Source: Pelomyxa schiedti (taxonomy: Eukaryota > Protista > Evosea). From it: 64,000 bases of DNA. The position numbers and the translations under genes were made by a program. The stretch lies in assembly GCA_020536535.1 (NCBI GenBank), contig JAHLWZ010000004.1:372001-436000 (forward strand). The letters run 5' to 3'. This document shows, one piece after another, positions 11,296 through 25,500 of the stretch. The notes below the pieces were generated by a model, which searched no databases, was not told the DNA's origin, and worked only from the letters and a program-made list of their open reading frames with translations. Numbering within the stretch: the first letter of the stretch is position 1; each line of letters starts with the position of its first letter.

Positions 11296-11495
11296 AAACA
11301 CAAAACGTCACTTAGTGACGCTGTGCACAAGAAAAATTTGGTGATGATTTATAGGAAGAGCCCTCTTTTTTTGGTCCGGGCCGTCTCCCAGAGGGAGTGG
11401 CAGATGTGTTTGTACTGAAGATTGGGACCAACGCTTTTAAGAGTCTCTTCGAGAGACATGAATACAAAGTTTTTCGTTTCTCAAACAAAAGGAGA

Positions 11496-13204
11496 TTACA
11501 CTGGCAGGTTGTTTCTGCGTGATGGCAAGACATCTGGTGGTGCCTCTGACGTCTGCTGATGATGATGGTTGGGACGACCAGAAGACACCTGCTCGGAATC
11601 ATGGCCAATAGCATGGCAGTCATAGTAATACCATCTAACGTTCTCACCAGCGGTCAGTGCAAATGTGTAGCACGCGGACGCCCTCTGGCGACCACTCAGT
11701 GTATCTCCACAGGTTGTTGTCGATGAGTATGCAATCAGAGTTGGTCCAATAGTATATCATTGACGGTCTGCCATGACAATCTGTGTTGGCAAACGTAGCA
11801 TCCCACGCCGGCCTGGGCATGTGATTAAAATAAATGAATAAATTAATCCTAACAACACCCAAATGACGAGAGATATACACATAGAGAAACAAACATACTC
11901 TTCCTTGAACCAGTCATTTATGAGGGCATCAAATTCGTCCACAGTGGCACAACCTTCGAGGAGGTTCCCAGATTCAGGGTAGCATACCGGTTCCGAAGGG
12001 CAGTCACAGACCCAATCGTTCTGATTTGTGCAGTACTTGGCTAATACCTCGAGGGCATCCCCAGTGCATGTGTTGTCAACAAACTCCGCGGTGTAGTACA
12101 CGAGGGTAAAGTCGCAGTCGCCGCCATCATATCCACAATCCTCATTGTTGCACCGATCGTCGCAGTGATTATTACCAATCATATCCTCGTTACACCACCA
12201 AATATCGCGATCAGTGTAACCATCCATCTGGCCGCAATAGCCATCTAAGTTGTGTGTTAGGCTCGTAAACTTGATTACGACACAGTTACAACACAGGTAA
12301 CACAGAACCAGAATCACACACAGTCAAGAGGGGGAGAGAGATATTTTCTCAATCTATAAGGGACAAACAAGCGTCGCAGTCGCCGCCGTCCCGATCGCAG
12401 TAATCGTTGTAGCACTCTCTGTCACAATTCCCGTCACCAACCTGGCTCCTTAGGCAATAGGGGTAATCGCAGTAGTCCCCGATGACGTTGTCACACTCAT
12501 CGCCGTCCCAGTTGCAGTCCTCCGTGTAGCAATCCATGTCCCCTCGTCGTTCGGAATGTAGCACGAGGGAGAGCACAAGCCCTCACAGTCAGTGAATCCG
12601 TCGCAGAAGCATTCCTCGGTCCAGCAATCTATGTCGCATTGTTCGTTGCCAATCAGCCAGGGATAGCAGTTAGGAGCACAACTGATGAGCACTGGGACAT
12701 AGGAAGTGAGGGAGTTAGAGAAACAGCAAAACCAAAGGTTGTAAAAACAAAAAAAGAAGCTGCTACTACTACAACTACACACTGCAGTCTCCGCCGTCCC
12801 ACGCACAGTCGACGTTGGCACACTCCCAATTACACACGCCATCTCCCCAGTCCTCAGCCGCGCAGTTCCAGTCGCCGCACGACTCCTCCGTCACAGCAGT
12901 CTCCGCCGTCGCAGTTGCATTCCTCTGTCATGCATCGCGGGTCACATCCGCAGTCACCGATTGGATTCTGGAAGATCCGGGGTTGCAGATGTCTGTTTGT
13001 TATTGTAAATGAGGCAATAAAGCAGCTTTAGGCGAAAAGGAGCGGGAGGGCACCTCTGCAGTGGCCCTTGTCGGAGGAGTTTTCTGTGCTGAAGCACTCT
13101 ATGTCGCATTTGCCATCACCGATTCGACCATGACAACTGTCTCCCCATCCTTTGGAAGCAAAGGCGACTGCGGACAGGGCAAACAAAGCAAGGATGCACC
13201 TCAT
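11496..13204 (-). pseudogene. Secreted LNR(Notch)-repeat protein with C-terminal C-type-lectin-like domain; at least 4 frameshifts
   Basis: Signal peptide MRCILALFALSAVAFA. LNR units such as WGDGVCNWECANVDCAWDGGDC, VGDGNCDRECYNDYCDRDGGDC and IGNNHCDDRCNNEDCGYDGGDC. C-terminal YYWTNSD...WRYTEWSPE...SACYTF...RWYYYDC. Successive repeats switch frame without GT-AG introns. Confidence 0.75.
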
Positions 13205-13315
13205 GTTGTTTGGGTGCGTGTCTTTTCGGTGTTTGTTCTCTGAGACGAGAGCCTTGGTTTCTTTGTTTTTCTTCACTGTTTTAGCAATGACGTAAAATGA
13301 AACTGTTGGCGGTGT

Positions 13316-16300
13316 TCACAGAACCGAGTCGTTGTCCTGAGCAGAGGAAAGCATCAAATTTGATTTCCATGACGGCCTCTGTTGTTGGTCTTGCTGTGCT
13401 GTTTTTGTTGAACTTGTGGTCTGAGTGGTGGTATCTGGTGGTTCTTGTGGTGTGAATGATGATGGAGCTGGTGCAAATGGTGTGAATGTGGGTGCAGAGT
13501 CCTCAGGGTTATCTAGCCCGCTGCTGTTTGGTTTTTCTTCTGCTGTGGATGCGGATGTTGCTTTTGTGTTGACTACCATCTTTGGTATGAGCATTGACTT
13601 GAATGTAGGAAGTGAGGGAGTGGATGCTGACAGGAGTGATGGTGCGGATGATGGAGCAGCGGCTCCAAGGGGTTTGACTTGGACAACCTTTTGTGTCAAG
13701 GGGTCAAGGTATCGGGAGCCCCTTTTTCTTGCCGGCTGTATTTGGGTGAATTAATTAGGCTGGTGGATAAGTGGAATACTGGGAGTATTTTACAAACCGG
13801 TAGGGAGGAGTTCTGCTGCGGCATGGAAGTGATAAGGAATTTCGATTTTAGTAGAACGGATGCCGCTCCTGTTGCCTTTGACTGCTCCGGAAGCGGTGGT
13901 GACAGTGATGACAATAGTACATTTGTTGGTAAAGGGTTTGTGGGTAATGGTGATGAGAGACACCTTGGAGGTTGCGTTTTGAGAGGTGTGAGGAGTGAAG
14001 GTGCGGGTGTCTCTGACTGGAATGTTGGTGTAGTTTGTGTGGTGGTGTCTGGCTCAGTGAGTGGTTCAGCCCGTTTCTTCGGCACCTCTTGTGATTCCAT
14101 GAGCTGTTGACCTTCGACGGGCTTATTTTCTGTTGTTGCATTTGGTGCAAATTTCGCAGACTCCGTTTGATGACCTTCCAACAATGAACCTGTGAAACTT
14201 GGTGTTTGCACTTCTTCAGATGGCTCTTGCTTGGTTGTGTCAACTTTCCCTTCCGCCGCTTTAGCAGTAGCAAGTAATTGCTCCATAAGTAGTGACGGCT
14301 CTGTGTCTTCCTTTTTCCCACTCTAAAAACCGTTAACGAGGATAATGGCTTGAGGTGTTGAAGCATTGCACCTTGGATACCCAGCGATGTGACTGTTCAT
14401 CCCAGACCAGATCCTCAGATTCATGGGTGTCCTCAGGAAGTAACATCTTTGGAGGACTTTTGAACAAACCAAACGACGGGATCGACATCCAACCCTTTTT
14501 CTTTTGTTAGGACCCTTTTAGGAAATGGAACTTGTACCTTTTTAGATGAGGACCCTGATGAAGATTGCGATTTTCTTTTGGAGGTCTCGGCGTCTTTTGA
14601 TGGGGGACGAGAATGAAGCGGTGTCCCTGGTTGAGAGGTTGTCGGAACTTTGGTGGGTTCTCTTTGTTCTGCGTTCTGTGACTGATTTCGCTCAGTTGCA
14701 AAACGTGTAGATTGGTTTTCATTCGTTTCGCCTACTTTCTCTTCCCAATCATTTTGCTTTTTTTGGGTGAAGATACTCGTAGGGGAAATAGTACTTTCTT
14801 CAACAGAGGGTGTTGGGCCACCGAATGAAGAAGGTTTTGGTGTTTCAGGCTCTTGTGGTGTAGTTTCTGTTTGAACAGAAGTATCTTCTTCTCCGGTACT
14901 GTTTTCCTCAGAGGTTTCATTTTCCGCGTTTGGCTCATCAGTGTATTGGTGGGCGACTGTCTCTGAAGTTAATTCAGGCCCTTTATCGAATTTTACACTT
15001 GTTGCAGGTGGTATTTGAGAGTCGGCGTTGCTGAAATACCCCAGACCAGGGATGTATTTGATAAATGAAAACACCTTCTTCCAGGCACTGCTATTGCTAG
15101 TGATTGTAACTATGATGAAGACTAATTTCAAAAAATTGCCTGTCTGAAGTTGTGTGAGCTTTCAGACGTTCAGAGAAAACACCAAGATAGTGGGAAAATA
15201 TTGAATTTGGCCGGTTATGTGGCATCTGTGATAGTTTCACAGATGTTACAGTGCGCACATACCTAGTGGATGTAAGGTTAATTTATTTGGCACACCTAAG
15301 GAACTTGGTAGCAAGATCAACCAAGCCCAAATCCGCGAGCCATTGCGCATATATAAATTTAAATACCTTTCACATTTTTAAAAAATCAATTAAGTCTTTG
15401 TGAGGCACACATGTAAAGAGGGAAGATTGAACTGGGGATTGCCTAGCAGCTTGGAGTACTCATAAACCTCTGTAGCTTGAATAGCTTGAGGAGTAATCCA
15501 CTGAGATTTGCGCTTGTGATCGGCACCTTCGAGGAGGTAAGTAAGAAAAGTGGTGTGTTATGTACCAAGAAGCACAAGGCGGGTATTGGGATTGTCACAA
15601 AAACCGAAAGCATAATCTGCAATACAGTAGCTAATTTATTTAAATTTAGGTGACACACTATGCAATAAAGATACCAAAAGTGTGCAGACACCACATTGCC
15701 TCGTACAGTCCACAACCGGTCTCCCAGTTCTCCAATCACTCCCCTGTCTGTGTTCATCTTATTGTTTGCTAAAACAACCGCTAAGTTTTCTCGCCAGCGG
15801 TCCAACAGGGGGATAGGGGATGTGTCATAACCGTTTGGAACAGCACTGAAGATCTCTGGGACAAATGCTGAGGGAAAAAAATCCAGAAAAAATAGAAAAT
15901 ATACCAGTAGGTAGAGCAGCTAATAATAAATAGAGGGTGCGTATGGGATCACCAGGGGGAAGAGCTCTCTGGGCATACTGCTTTATGGCTTCCATCTGCA
16001 TATTTGCTGGAAATTGATGACTTAATATAAGTGCATGTTCCCAGAGTTGCTCATTGATGGCATATTTGTAGGCCTACTCTGTATTAGCATTTACTTGGCG
16101 GAAAAAAGGGGGTGAAAAAAAATTTGTAGCACACCTCTGTTTTTTTGCCTTCAAGCAGTAGACTTTGGAAATGGGCAAATGCAGAAGGATCTATATTAGG
16201 CCGAACAGAAACGGGTTTCTACAGATAGTCAACAAAAAACTTCATTAAGTTTTCCGCACGGGTGTTGTTATATGCTTGGACAACGAGGATAAAAGAAGTT

Positions 16301-19300
16301 GTTGTATTTCTTGTGTGCAAGTTGGTCCTTTATTGTTTGTCTCATAAGCAATATTCCCTACAGAGAGTTATCGATTTCTCGCGCTATCAACAAGAAACCG
16401 TAGTGGCGAATGAGTATCTGCAGCAAACTCCAGAGAATGTCAACTCTATCTTGGGGTTGTGTCTCAAATTCGCATATTGGTGTTGCTTCTTGATGCTTCA
16501 AGGCTAAGAATTTTAATACAACGTCCTATGCTGCAGTTAAACTAAACTTGAGGAGAAATTAGCTAAAACCTGAGATATACTGCGATTCAGAGGACCAGGG
16601 AAGTCAGTGAATTCTCTCGTCTCTGAGGTGAGAGCTGTTTTCAAATTTACAACATGAACAGAATATGGAGGCTCCTAGAGAAGAAATCAGTTGTAACTTA
16701 ACTTTCACACTACATTTTGTGGATGGGAGTAAGCTGTTGCAAGAAGGCCACCAAATCCGAATCGTGCTACACACTTTCGGGAATGCATGTACTGAATTGG
16801 GTCAAAGGTTTTCCTTTTTTTCGTTACCCCAGGCTGCACACCAGTCTCTGCAATGAGATTACTTGTTCCTGGGATCGGTAATGGATTAGGCAGTTGATTT
16901 ATTTGGGGTGGGTTGACAGGGACTGATGTGACAGGACAGAGTTTGAGTGGTGCACTTGTCACAGAGATTCCAGGAAGGGCAACAGGCGGCATTGGAATTG
17001 CTTGTATCTCGGTATCAGGTTTAGAAACTTGGTGAACTTCCAAGTTTCTTGTTTCTGAAGATGTCTCGTGGGAACGGGTATTTGGCTTGAGAGTGGTAAT
17101 AGGTGATAAAACTAGTACATCAGACGCGGGTGTAGGCTTGCTGTTAGATAGTACACATTGGTCAGTGGTGGATGGGACAGGAATAAATGTGGGTGCTACG
17201 GGTACGACATCTGCCTGTGTGTTATCGTTGGTGGAGATCTCAGGATTATTGGTATTGATAGGGAGAATATTATGCAATGAGGCAGGGTCTGCACTATAGG
17301 TAAATGAGGGAGTTAGATTCGTAGGATTGGTTAAGGGGTGTGGAAGAAGGGATGCTTTGGGAAGTGGCACTATGTTTCCTTTTGGAAGTGGGACTGGTGT
17401 TGTGGTTGGCAATTGCACCCTTGTAGGTTGCAGACTAAGTACTTTTGCAGCTGGAATTACTGTGGGTAATGGGAGAGTAGGAAGTGGGGTAGTGGTAGTG
17501 GGAAGAGGGACGACTGGAAGTTGGACAGCGGGAAGTGTAGCACCGGGTGAAACTAATGTGGGCAAAGAGGTAGACGGAAGGGGTACCGTTGGAAGAGGGG
17601 CAGTGGGAAGAGGCGTGGCGGGAAGGACTGCTGATGTCTGTGATGCAGCCGAAACCTGCAGGATAGGCACTGGGGAAGATTTTACCAGAAAGGTTGACTT
17701 TGGTGTTGAAACTGTTGGTAGAACAGCGGGAAGTATAGGAATGTTAATTGGACGGGGTCTTGGGGCAATTTCAGAAGTTGTATTTTGGTTGATGGGTGAT
17801 AGTGTCGTTGGCAGAACAGGTAAGCCTGTTGGAGTTGAACTTGGTATTGGTAAAGTACTGACTACCACAGATTGTGAAGCAGGGAGTAGACTTGGTTGCT
17901 GTGCGGTAGAAGGAGTAGGAGATGGAACAAGTACCTTCATTGTTTGTGTGGAATTTGGTTTTGGTTGCACTATACTCTGGTTACTGTTATCCCCCAGATT
18001 TTTAAGTGGGGGGGATGGAATTAATGTCGCTACTCGGTTGGCAGAAGTAGGTGGTGGGACCAGCACTTTTGGAGTGGTGGACGGCACAGAAGAAATGGAA
18101 GAGCCAGATAAAAGTTGTGGTGACTGAAAAGTAGACGAGGGAATTGGAAGATTTACTGGTTTTTGTATGTTGGACCCTTGAGTTGCTGATGGTAACTGTA
18201 GGGAAAGTAAAGGTTGCGGGGGAGCTGTCAACAACTGTGGTTTCACAGGGACAGCTGTGGGAAGTGGAGTTGGTTTTGGTACAAGTAGTTGGCCAGATTG
18301 TGAAGAGGTGGTAAGAGGCAGTAGTTGAGTATTTGTTGTCCTTTGTGATGAAGCGGGTGCTTGGTTAGGCACCTGTGGTTGTGTGACTACAGGGGAAAGA
18401 ATTTTTGGAGGCAGTACTGTTTGTGGAAGTGGTTTGGTGGTGATAGGGCTGAATGGGTCACTGGGGAAAACTGGGGAATTTCGCGGAGCCGAGGTTGGAT
18501 TGGTTTGTGCTACAGGGACAGTGCTTTGGTGAGTTGACAGAGCATCAAAAAAATTGTCCTTCTCCTCACCAAACGGTATGGATTGCTCCTGAATTGCTGA
18601 AAAGGGGTCAGGAACCTTGTCTTTAGCTGGGATTGCTCTTGTTCCCACTGTTTGCTTGTTCCCCGTTGATGTTTGTGTTTGTGTTTGCGTTGGTGTTGGT
18701 GTTGGTGTTGGTGTTAGTACAGACATGGCCGGGCTGTTCCCATAATTCCCAAACGGGTCATCACCCCCCAGACCTGAAGAGGAAGGTTCTCCAAAAAACG
18801 GTATGCTCCCTCCTTCTTCAGCCCCCTCCTCGCCCTCGCCTTCCCCGTCGCCGTCGTCCTGGTCATCCCTGCCGGGTCCTCCCCATAATGACGGCGGCGG
18901 TGCGGCTGCAAACGAGAATGGTTTCGCAGGCGACGTAACTTGGGAGGGTGATGCCGGCGGTTTTGTGTTTCTCGCACTCGCACTCGCACTCGCGCTCATG
19001 CCTGAATTTGTTATCGCAGGTGAGAAAACAGAGCTCCCCGACGTTGATGTCGACGTGGGCGCGAGTGTCGAGACTGGCTTGGGCTGCTGCTGCTGTTGGT
19101 GCTTGGGGGTTAGTATCGACGCCGTGGGCTGTGGTTTTGCCCACAGTGACTCGTTGTGTTGCACGACCAACGGCGGTTGTTGTTGCTGTTGTTTGTGCTG
19201 CTGCAGCACTTGGATGGTGCTGCTGGTAGTAGCTGTCGTCGTGCCTACTGCCTTTGTGGTGTTGGTGGCGACTGCGGTCGATGGCCTTGCTGCTGCTGGT

Positions 19301-19440
19301 GCCGGCGCCGCGGGTGGCGCCGAGAGGAACGGCAAGGGGCCATCATCCTCGGCCTCGCCGTCGTCCGCATCCCCGCTCCCGAGTGAGCTGAAGAAGTCCT
19401 CGCCGTCGGCGCCGCTGCCAAAGGGTATGTTGTTCATCAT
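13316..19440 (-). CDS. SEC16: COPII scaffold Sec16 homolog, multi-exon
   Basis: Long P/S/T-rich N-terminus. Central ACE1-domain motifs ARFGFGGLL, WRENLAVVLANN...IGELGDRLW...SAHFWYL, GADHKR...TPQAIQATEVYEY and FKFIYAQWLADLG. C-terminal RKRGSRYLDP. Start taken as MMNNIPFG at 19440. Confidence 0.85.
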
Positions 19441-19594
19441 CAATTCCGATGAGAGGGGAAAGAAATCAGAAAATTTTTTTTTTGTTCTGGTGCTTGTGAG
19501 GTGAATCATTCTGCGTTCTGGTCTTGTCTTGAACTTTGTTTTATTTTTTTTTACATGCGGCTGGAATGAATTCGGAGGAATCGGTGTGGTCACA

Positions 19595-22327
19595 TTACTC
19601 ACTATCGCTGCTGTTTTTGTGGCTCCTGCCACTTCTGTTGGACGAGGTTTCCGATACCGAGGCTTGCTCTGAGGCTTGGGAAGTGTGCTCATCGGCTATG
19701 TCCTTGAGTCCCACGTTGGCGGATGAGTGCCGTTTCTTTGTGTGTAGTAGGTGTTTGCTGTGGTGGTGGTTTCCGCTGTTGTGATGATGGTGCTCACCCT
19801 TGCCGTTGCTGCCCCTATCCTCATCTTTGTCGGATGAGGACTCGAGCGTTTTCCGGGTCTCCCCGTTGCTGGTATCATCTGGTGAATTGCTTGCTGGAGT
19901 GTCCCCTTCTTCCAAGTTTCTGACGGGCCGAATTGTGTCGGGGCGGCAGTTCTTCTTGGAAGGCAGGCGACCTAAGCAAGAGAGGTCCTTATGTTGAGGC
20001 GCAGGCTTAACCGGCTCTGCTTCCACATTGGCCTTGGGTTCAACCAGTGGTTCTACAAGGGGTTCGGCAAGAGGGAGCTGGAACTCGGGAGTGCGTGGGG
20101 CTTCAGGCGAAGGCACAACTTGAGGAGTGCTGCTTTGGGGTGTGCAACTTTGAGGGGTGCCATCTGGTTGTGTTGACACGGTAGAGATGGGAACTGCGAG
20201 AGGCAAGTCTTGGTTAGGTTGAGGTGGAAATGCGCCATTTACCGGGAACATTTGTTGGGGTGGAGGCCTCATTGGTTGATTTTGGGGAGGTGGCGACCCA
20301 TACCCCATGTGCATTGTGGCATATGGGGGATACTGCGGAATTGGTTGCCCTGGTGCCATAGGCATTCCTGACCCCGGGGGGTACGCAAAAGAGTCCCTGG
20401 GTTGAGGCATTTGCTCGTAATAATAAACAGGTTGCCTGGAAGTTTGAAATTAAAGCCATGTCAAGTACTCTTCTCTTCTTTTATTGTGTACCCCGGTGGA
20501 AATCCTCCCGGCATTTGCGGTTGTCTCATTCTTTCCGCCATTTCACGTTTACTTTCCGATTCCGCAAGAAGAGTTTGGCATCGCTTAAGCTCCTGGTTTT
20601 ATTGTAACAGCAGAAATGAAACAGGTGCAAAAAAACCTGTGTGATAAGCTCGATGGGTGATATTTCTTTTGGTGGGACGGGAATTAATCCCTGGTCCAGA
20701 GCTTGTTTGTAAATATCTGGCCTGGCCCTCAGCAATATTGGGTTTTCAAATAGATTGCTCTCCAAGAAGGTGTGAGGTGCTGTAAAGTGTTTACTTGGTA
20801 TATCCAAACCAGCCTTTAAAGACTCAGTCAGATTTAGAGACTCGTTAAGCGTACCTGTTTCAAACACTTTGCACACATCTCAGCAGAGAACAATTCACTG
20901 TAACTGTTCTAGGGGTGTGATTATTATTGTTTATAAAAATTTGTGCTTCACAACCTTGTATCTAGCCTCTACTTCACAGTATTCCATATATTGAAGCTGG
21001 GAAATAAAGAGTGAATAATATTATTGCGATTTGAAAACCGTACATGAGAAGGTGTCCAGTCAATCGCCCGGAAATCAATAAGGACATGCCTGGGATCTTT
21101 ATCAACACATTTCAATTTGGCTTTGGTAGAGGTTAAGGTTTTTAATTTCGTAATTCAACAAACCATCAGAATGCGCATTGAGGACCCACTCAATCATCCT
21201 GGATATATTGGCTGCCGCAAGAGGTGCCTTAAGAGGACACCACCAAATCTCGGTTCCTATTAACATGAACTTGTGGTATCACCTTAATGTAGATGTAGAA
21301 CCGTAAAATCCATGGAGACGTTCATAAAATCTATAAATTGCAGGAAGGTGAGCTGTTGGTTTTTCGTGGTAGGCATCAACAAATCTTTCCTATTGTTGGG
21401 GGAGGGTCGTTGGTTCGGTTATTTCCACTGTTTAAGTGTTTGGGCACAGTAAACATAAGGAATAAGAGGGAGGCATACCGTGTTCCGGGTCAGCTCAAAT
21501 AAGTAAAGCTCTGGTTCTCTTGTCCATTTATTTGGAAGAGAAACAATAAGACCCACATGAGAGAAAGGCATTCCGCTGATCATTCTGTGGGGAGAGTGAT
21601 TAACTTTCATAGGGCTGGGGAGGGATACTTGGCTAATGTAGGAACTGGACCAGCTCCGGAAAACAAAATTATATCTCCAGGTTTAAACTTTGATTTGAAC
21701 ATAGGGTACGAGAACTGGAAAGAATCAGCCTTCCATTTTGTAGGCTTGTCCGCCATATCCGACAGGTAACATATGACGTACAACTCACCCATTGAGGTGA
21801 CGGTGGTCTCTTTCTTCTTTGCCACTGGTACCATTGCCAAATGCCTAAGCAAATAGAATTTAAGAATTGGTTGTTTTGCCAAAGTTAGTAGTGGATTTGT
21901 AGAAGAGAAACAGAGGAGAGCGAAAAGGGAAAGAAAGTGTCAGGCAGGAACCCCAAGAAGGGCAATGGCACAGCACACAGTACATTTTATGGACGGTGTC
22001 TCTTGGGATGTCCTGCAGGCTCACACTGAGTTTGCTCAGGGTCTCGTCAATCAGACCCGAAGAGTCCACGAGCTTGAATCTCAAGCACTCACCAGTTGGG
22101 CAGCAGGAACCGCCGCTCATCCCGATGCCAAGCCCCACGTTGGCAACGGGCCCGCCGCCCACAACGAACCCGCAAACGTGGTTCCACTTCGGGTCGTGGA
22201 GTTTCCTCGCCGACGGCGTGCGGTTTGTATCGCGGCCCATGATCACGCGGCAGTAAAGCGACCGCGACTCGCCTCCACTACGTGCCGGCACTCCGGTGGC
22301 TTCTACTACGTGCACTGTGAGTAACAT
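19595..22327 (-). CDS. C2 domain + permuted papain-like (YiiX/NlpC-P60-type) domain + Pro-rich tail, multi-exon
   Basis: C2: MLLTVHVVEATGVP...YCRVIMG...LHDPKWN...LRFKLVDS. Permuted papain core: KPGDIILFSG, FSHVGLIV, YLFE, and later ELFSAEMCAKCL. Confidence 0.7.
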
Positions 22328-22501
22328 TTCTCGCTGTGTGTTGCTGATCGTCGTTACAACGAGATAGATCTCCACGTTGTGGTGGTTTGTTGTGTTTTCT
22401 TTTCTTTTTCTTTTGTGATCGTTTCTCGTTGATTTTTTTTGGCCGGTCTTCTTACAGGTTAGCAGGGGAATTACTTGCAAAACGGGGGGTGAGCTCGAGC
22501 C

Positions 22502-25500
22502 TCAAGACGAAGAGTCGGAAGCAGATGAAATCACGCTAGAGCCGCTGTCCTCCTCGTCGGATTCATGGAAATCAGAGTCATCATCATGGTGTTCACTTGG
22601 TTGGTCATCCAGTTCAGAGGAGCTGCTGGATAAGTCCACAATTGGTGGCGGTGATGATGACGATGACGATGCCGTTGCATTATTCTGGGTGCTGGTGGTG
22701 TTGGTTGTGGAGCTTCGCCGGGGTTTGGTTGTTGTTGTTGTTGTTGCCTCTGCCGCGGAGGAGGTGTATTTCTTGCTGCGGCGCTTGGGAGCTGCCGCGG
22801 TCCGAGGTCTCTTGGGGTTCCTTGCGGGCCGGCCTTTCTTCTTTGCTTGGGCTGCTGCTCCCTTTCCCTTGCGTTTTCGGCCGGCAAGCTTCTCGTCGTC
22901 GCCTGCGCCAGTGGCTGCCTTGGGCTTTGTGGCCTTTTTCGAGGACTTGCTGGCGGCCCTCTTCCGTGTTGTGCTGGATGGGAGGAAGGCCATGTCACTC
23001 TCAAAAACTCCCGCTTTCACCTTTCTTGCTGCCTCACCGGCTATGATGTAGACGTTGATCGAGTACGATGTTTGCACGAAATCCTCTTTCAGAATGTTCC
23101 TTACCAGTAGTGCAAGCTGAAATGCAAAGTGGGATGTTGGTTTTACATGGTGGAGATGAGTACATACAAGTAAATATACACACTGCTCTTTGTTGAGTGC
23201 TGGCTTCGGAATGTCCATTGCCACAGTCTTTTTACCTGTCCCTCTCCAAATATCCACTAGTTGCAAAAGAGTGACTCTGTCACGACCTGTGCTTTGACAC
23301 GTGAATGAAAACTATAGAGGTTCTGCCTTTCACTTCAATTATGGGGGGGGGGGGGGGGGCGGCCAAGTCTGATTAAGTGATGCGTTGGTTGTGCTTCTAA
23401 CCTGACGTTTTCCAAAATTTCCAGTACTGTCACTGCATGTGCTGAAATGGGCTCTTGAAAGTAACTGCTATCATCCTTCCTGGAGCACACATCGCAGAGG
23501 GAATGACACTCGCTGGGGTGCATTACTTCTCCAAAGTGTTTTGCAAGCTGAACTCTCCGGCATTCAGACTGGTTGAGGCAGTAGTTTACCATGCGATAGA
23601 AGTTCTTCAGCCCACCCACTTCATATGCAACCTAAAATTGGGGGGAAAAAAGTTTGGTTAAACAGGAAGGCGATGAAATTTCGCCAAACTCCTTACCATG
23701 GAGCTTTGCCTGGCCACATCGCTTGGAGAAAATAAGAGAAGGCAGTGAGCAGGATTCCCATCACGTCCTGAAAACGCGGTCAGAGCGATTCGTGTTTGGC
23801 TAACTTGTTTAAGGGGACCTGCTCTTCCACTTTCTTGATAGTAGGATTCCACAGATTTTGACATAGTGTGGTGGATTACGAACCTCACAGTGAGTTTGTT
23901 GATTCCCAATCCAAAGGCAACTGTGGCAACAACCACCTTTCATAAATAGTTATCAACGGGGGAAACAAAGAGGGAAGCCATACTTGGATGGAATCATTCA
24001 TCCAAGCACGGTGTATTTCTTCTCTTTGGTAAGCTTCCATATTTCCGTGATAGCAGCGAGCCTTACGATGCATTAGATATGCTTGTATGCAGCAGCTTAC
24101 CTTAATCCCCTTGGAGCTAAGCTGCTCTGCAACAGTTTCAGAGTCTTTCCTAGATAAGCAATATACAATCCCAGAGTCTTTCTTGTGCTCACCGAAAATG
24201 AATTCACAAATTTGGTCGATGGTATCAGTACGCTTGGGTCTTATTTCATACATCAGGTTGGGTCTTCGATAAAATGAGTTTGTACTGAGTTGAGAGTGAG
24301 GAAAACCTATTAAATGAAGTACGAAAGAGATGACAAGTCTGGATGTCCAAAATTCGGCATACATCCTCCTAGACAGAGGGTTTTCCTATCTTAAGAAAAA
24401 AAGAGGGGTATACTTGAACTTGAGGTGTAGCGGTTGCTGTTAAAGCAATTAAGGGAACATTTGGGAATAGTCTCTTAAAAATGTTCAACCTGGAAAGGTT
24501 TAGTTCGGGAACTGGAATCCGCACAACAAACTTTGTGTAGTCAGGACGGAAGTCATGACCCCATTGGCTGCAGCAATGGGCTTCATCTATGACAATTAAC
24601 GAGAGCTTCCCTTTGTGATAAACTTTCTCCAACTGACTTACAAAGCCTTTATTTTTTGCCACCTGAGAAAGTGGGAGTTACATTCTAGGCTTGTGAAGGA
24701 AAAACCTTTTCAGGAGTGACATAGACAAGTTTGGTACTAAATTCATTGTTTGCCCACTCCCTGTTTTAGGTTTGAGTATTATAGCTATAATTTCTTGTTT
24801 TGTTTCATTGGTAACGCAACGTGAAAAGAGTTTTCCCAACTTCTTTGTGTGTTGTTGAGTTGAGCATTACAGACATCACTCCAAGTTTGGCGAGTAAGTC
24901 AACCTGGTCTTGCATGAGGGAGAGCAGCGGGGATATTACGAGGGTCACACCTGGCCAATGTTTAAACAGATTTCTAAGTATTGATATGTGGCAAAGTGGC
25001 AAGCCTACCAGGTAGCAATGTCGCGGGAAGTTGAAAGGTAAGGGACTTGCCTCCTCCAGTTGGCATCTGCGATGTTGGAATTACCAAATAGGAAGAATAG
25101 GAATGCCGAAGCCCTACTATGACAAAGCAGTTCTTCCCTGCCATGACACAATTGATGATTTCTCGTTGATTTGGTCGGAAGACCGTAATTCCAAAATTAG
25201 ACATTGCCTTGTTGACTTGTTCTGTCCAGGGGTACCGGTTGCTCCAGTTATACTATTAGCTCTTAGTATAACTACTTTGAGGCTGTGAACTCACTTGTGA
25301 CTGTTCCAATGAGCTTTTCAGTGAATTTATTACTCGCATTAAATCTGATTTGCTTGTTTCGAGCTTGTTCTGCTCTACCATAAGCTGCGCCATTTGCTTC
25401 TGCAAAGCAGAGAGTTTTTTTTTGACATCATCAAGCTCCTGCACAATGTTTACATCATTTCAAAGACGTTTGAATGGCACTTTTTGTTTGGCACGTAGCT

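Noticed and set aside
13288-13296. TGACGTA CRE-like sites (also about 44504 and 62832)
   Set aside because: A short motif expected by chance, with no consistent position relative to gene starts.
17327-19504. Long plus-strand ORFs (266 aa, 233 aa and others)
   Set aside because: Antisense shadows of the stop-poor, low-complexity Sec16 N-terminal exon.
16705-19692. Sec16 start at 19692 given by the ORF track
   Set aside because: The first roughly 84 codons cover A-rich intergenic DNA and overlap the upstream gene's stop. MMNNIPFG at 19440 is more plausible.
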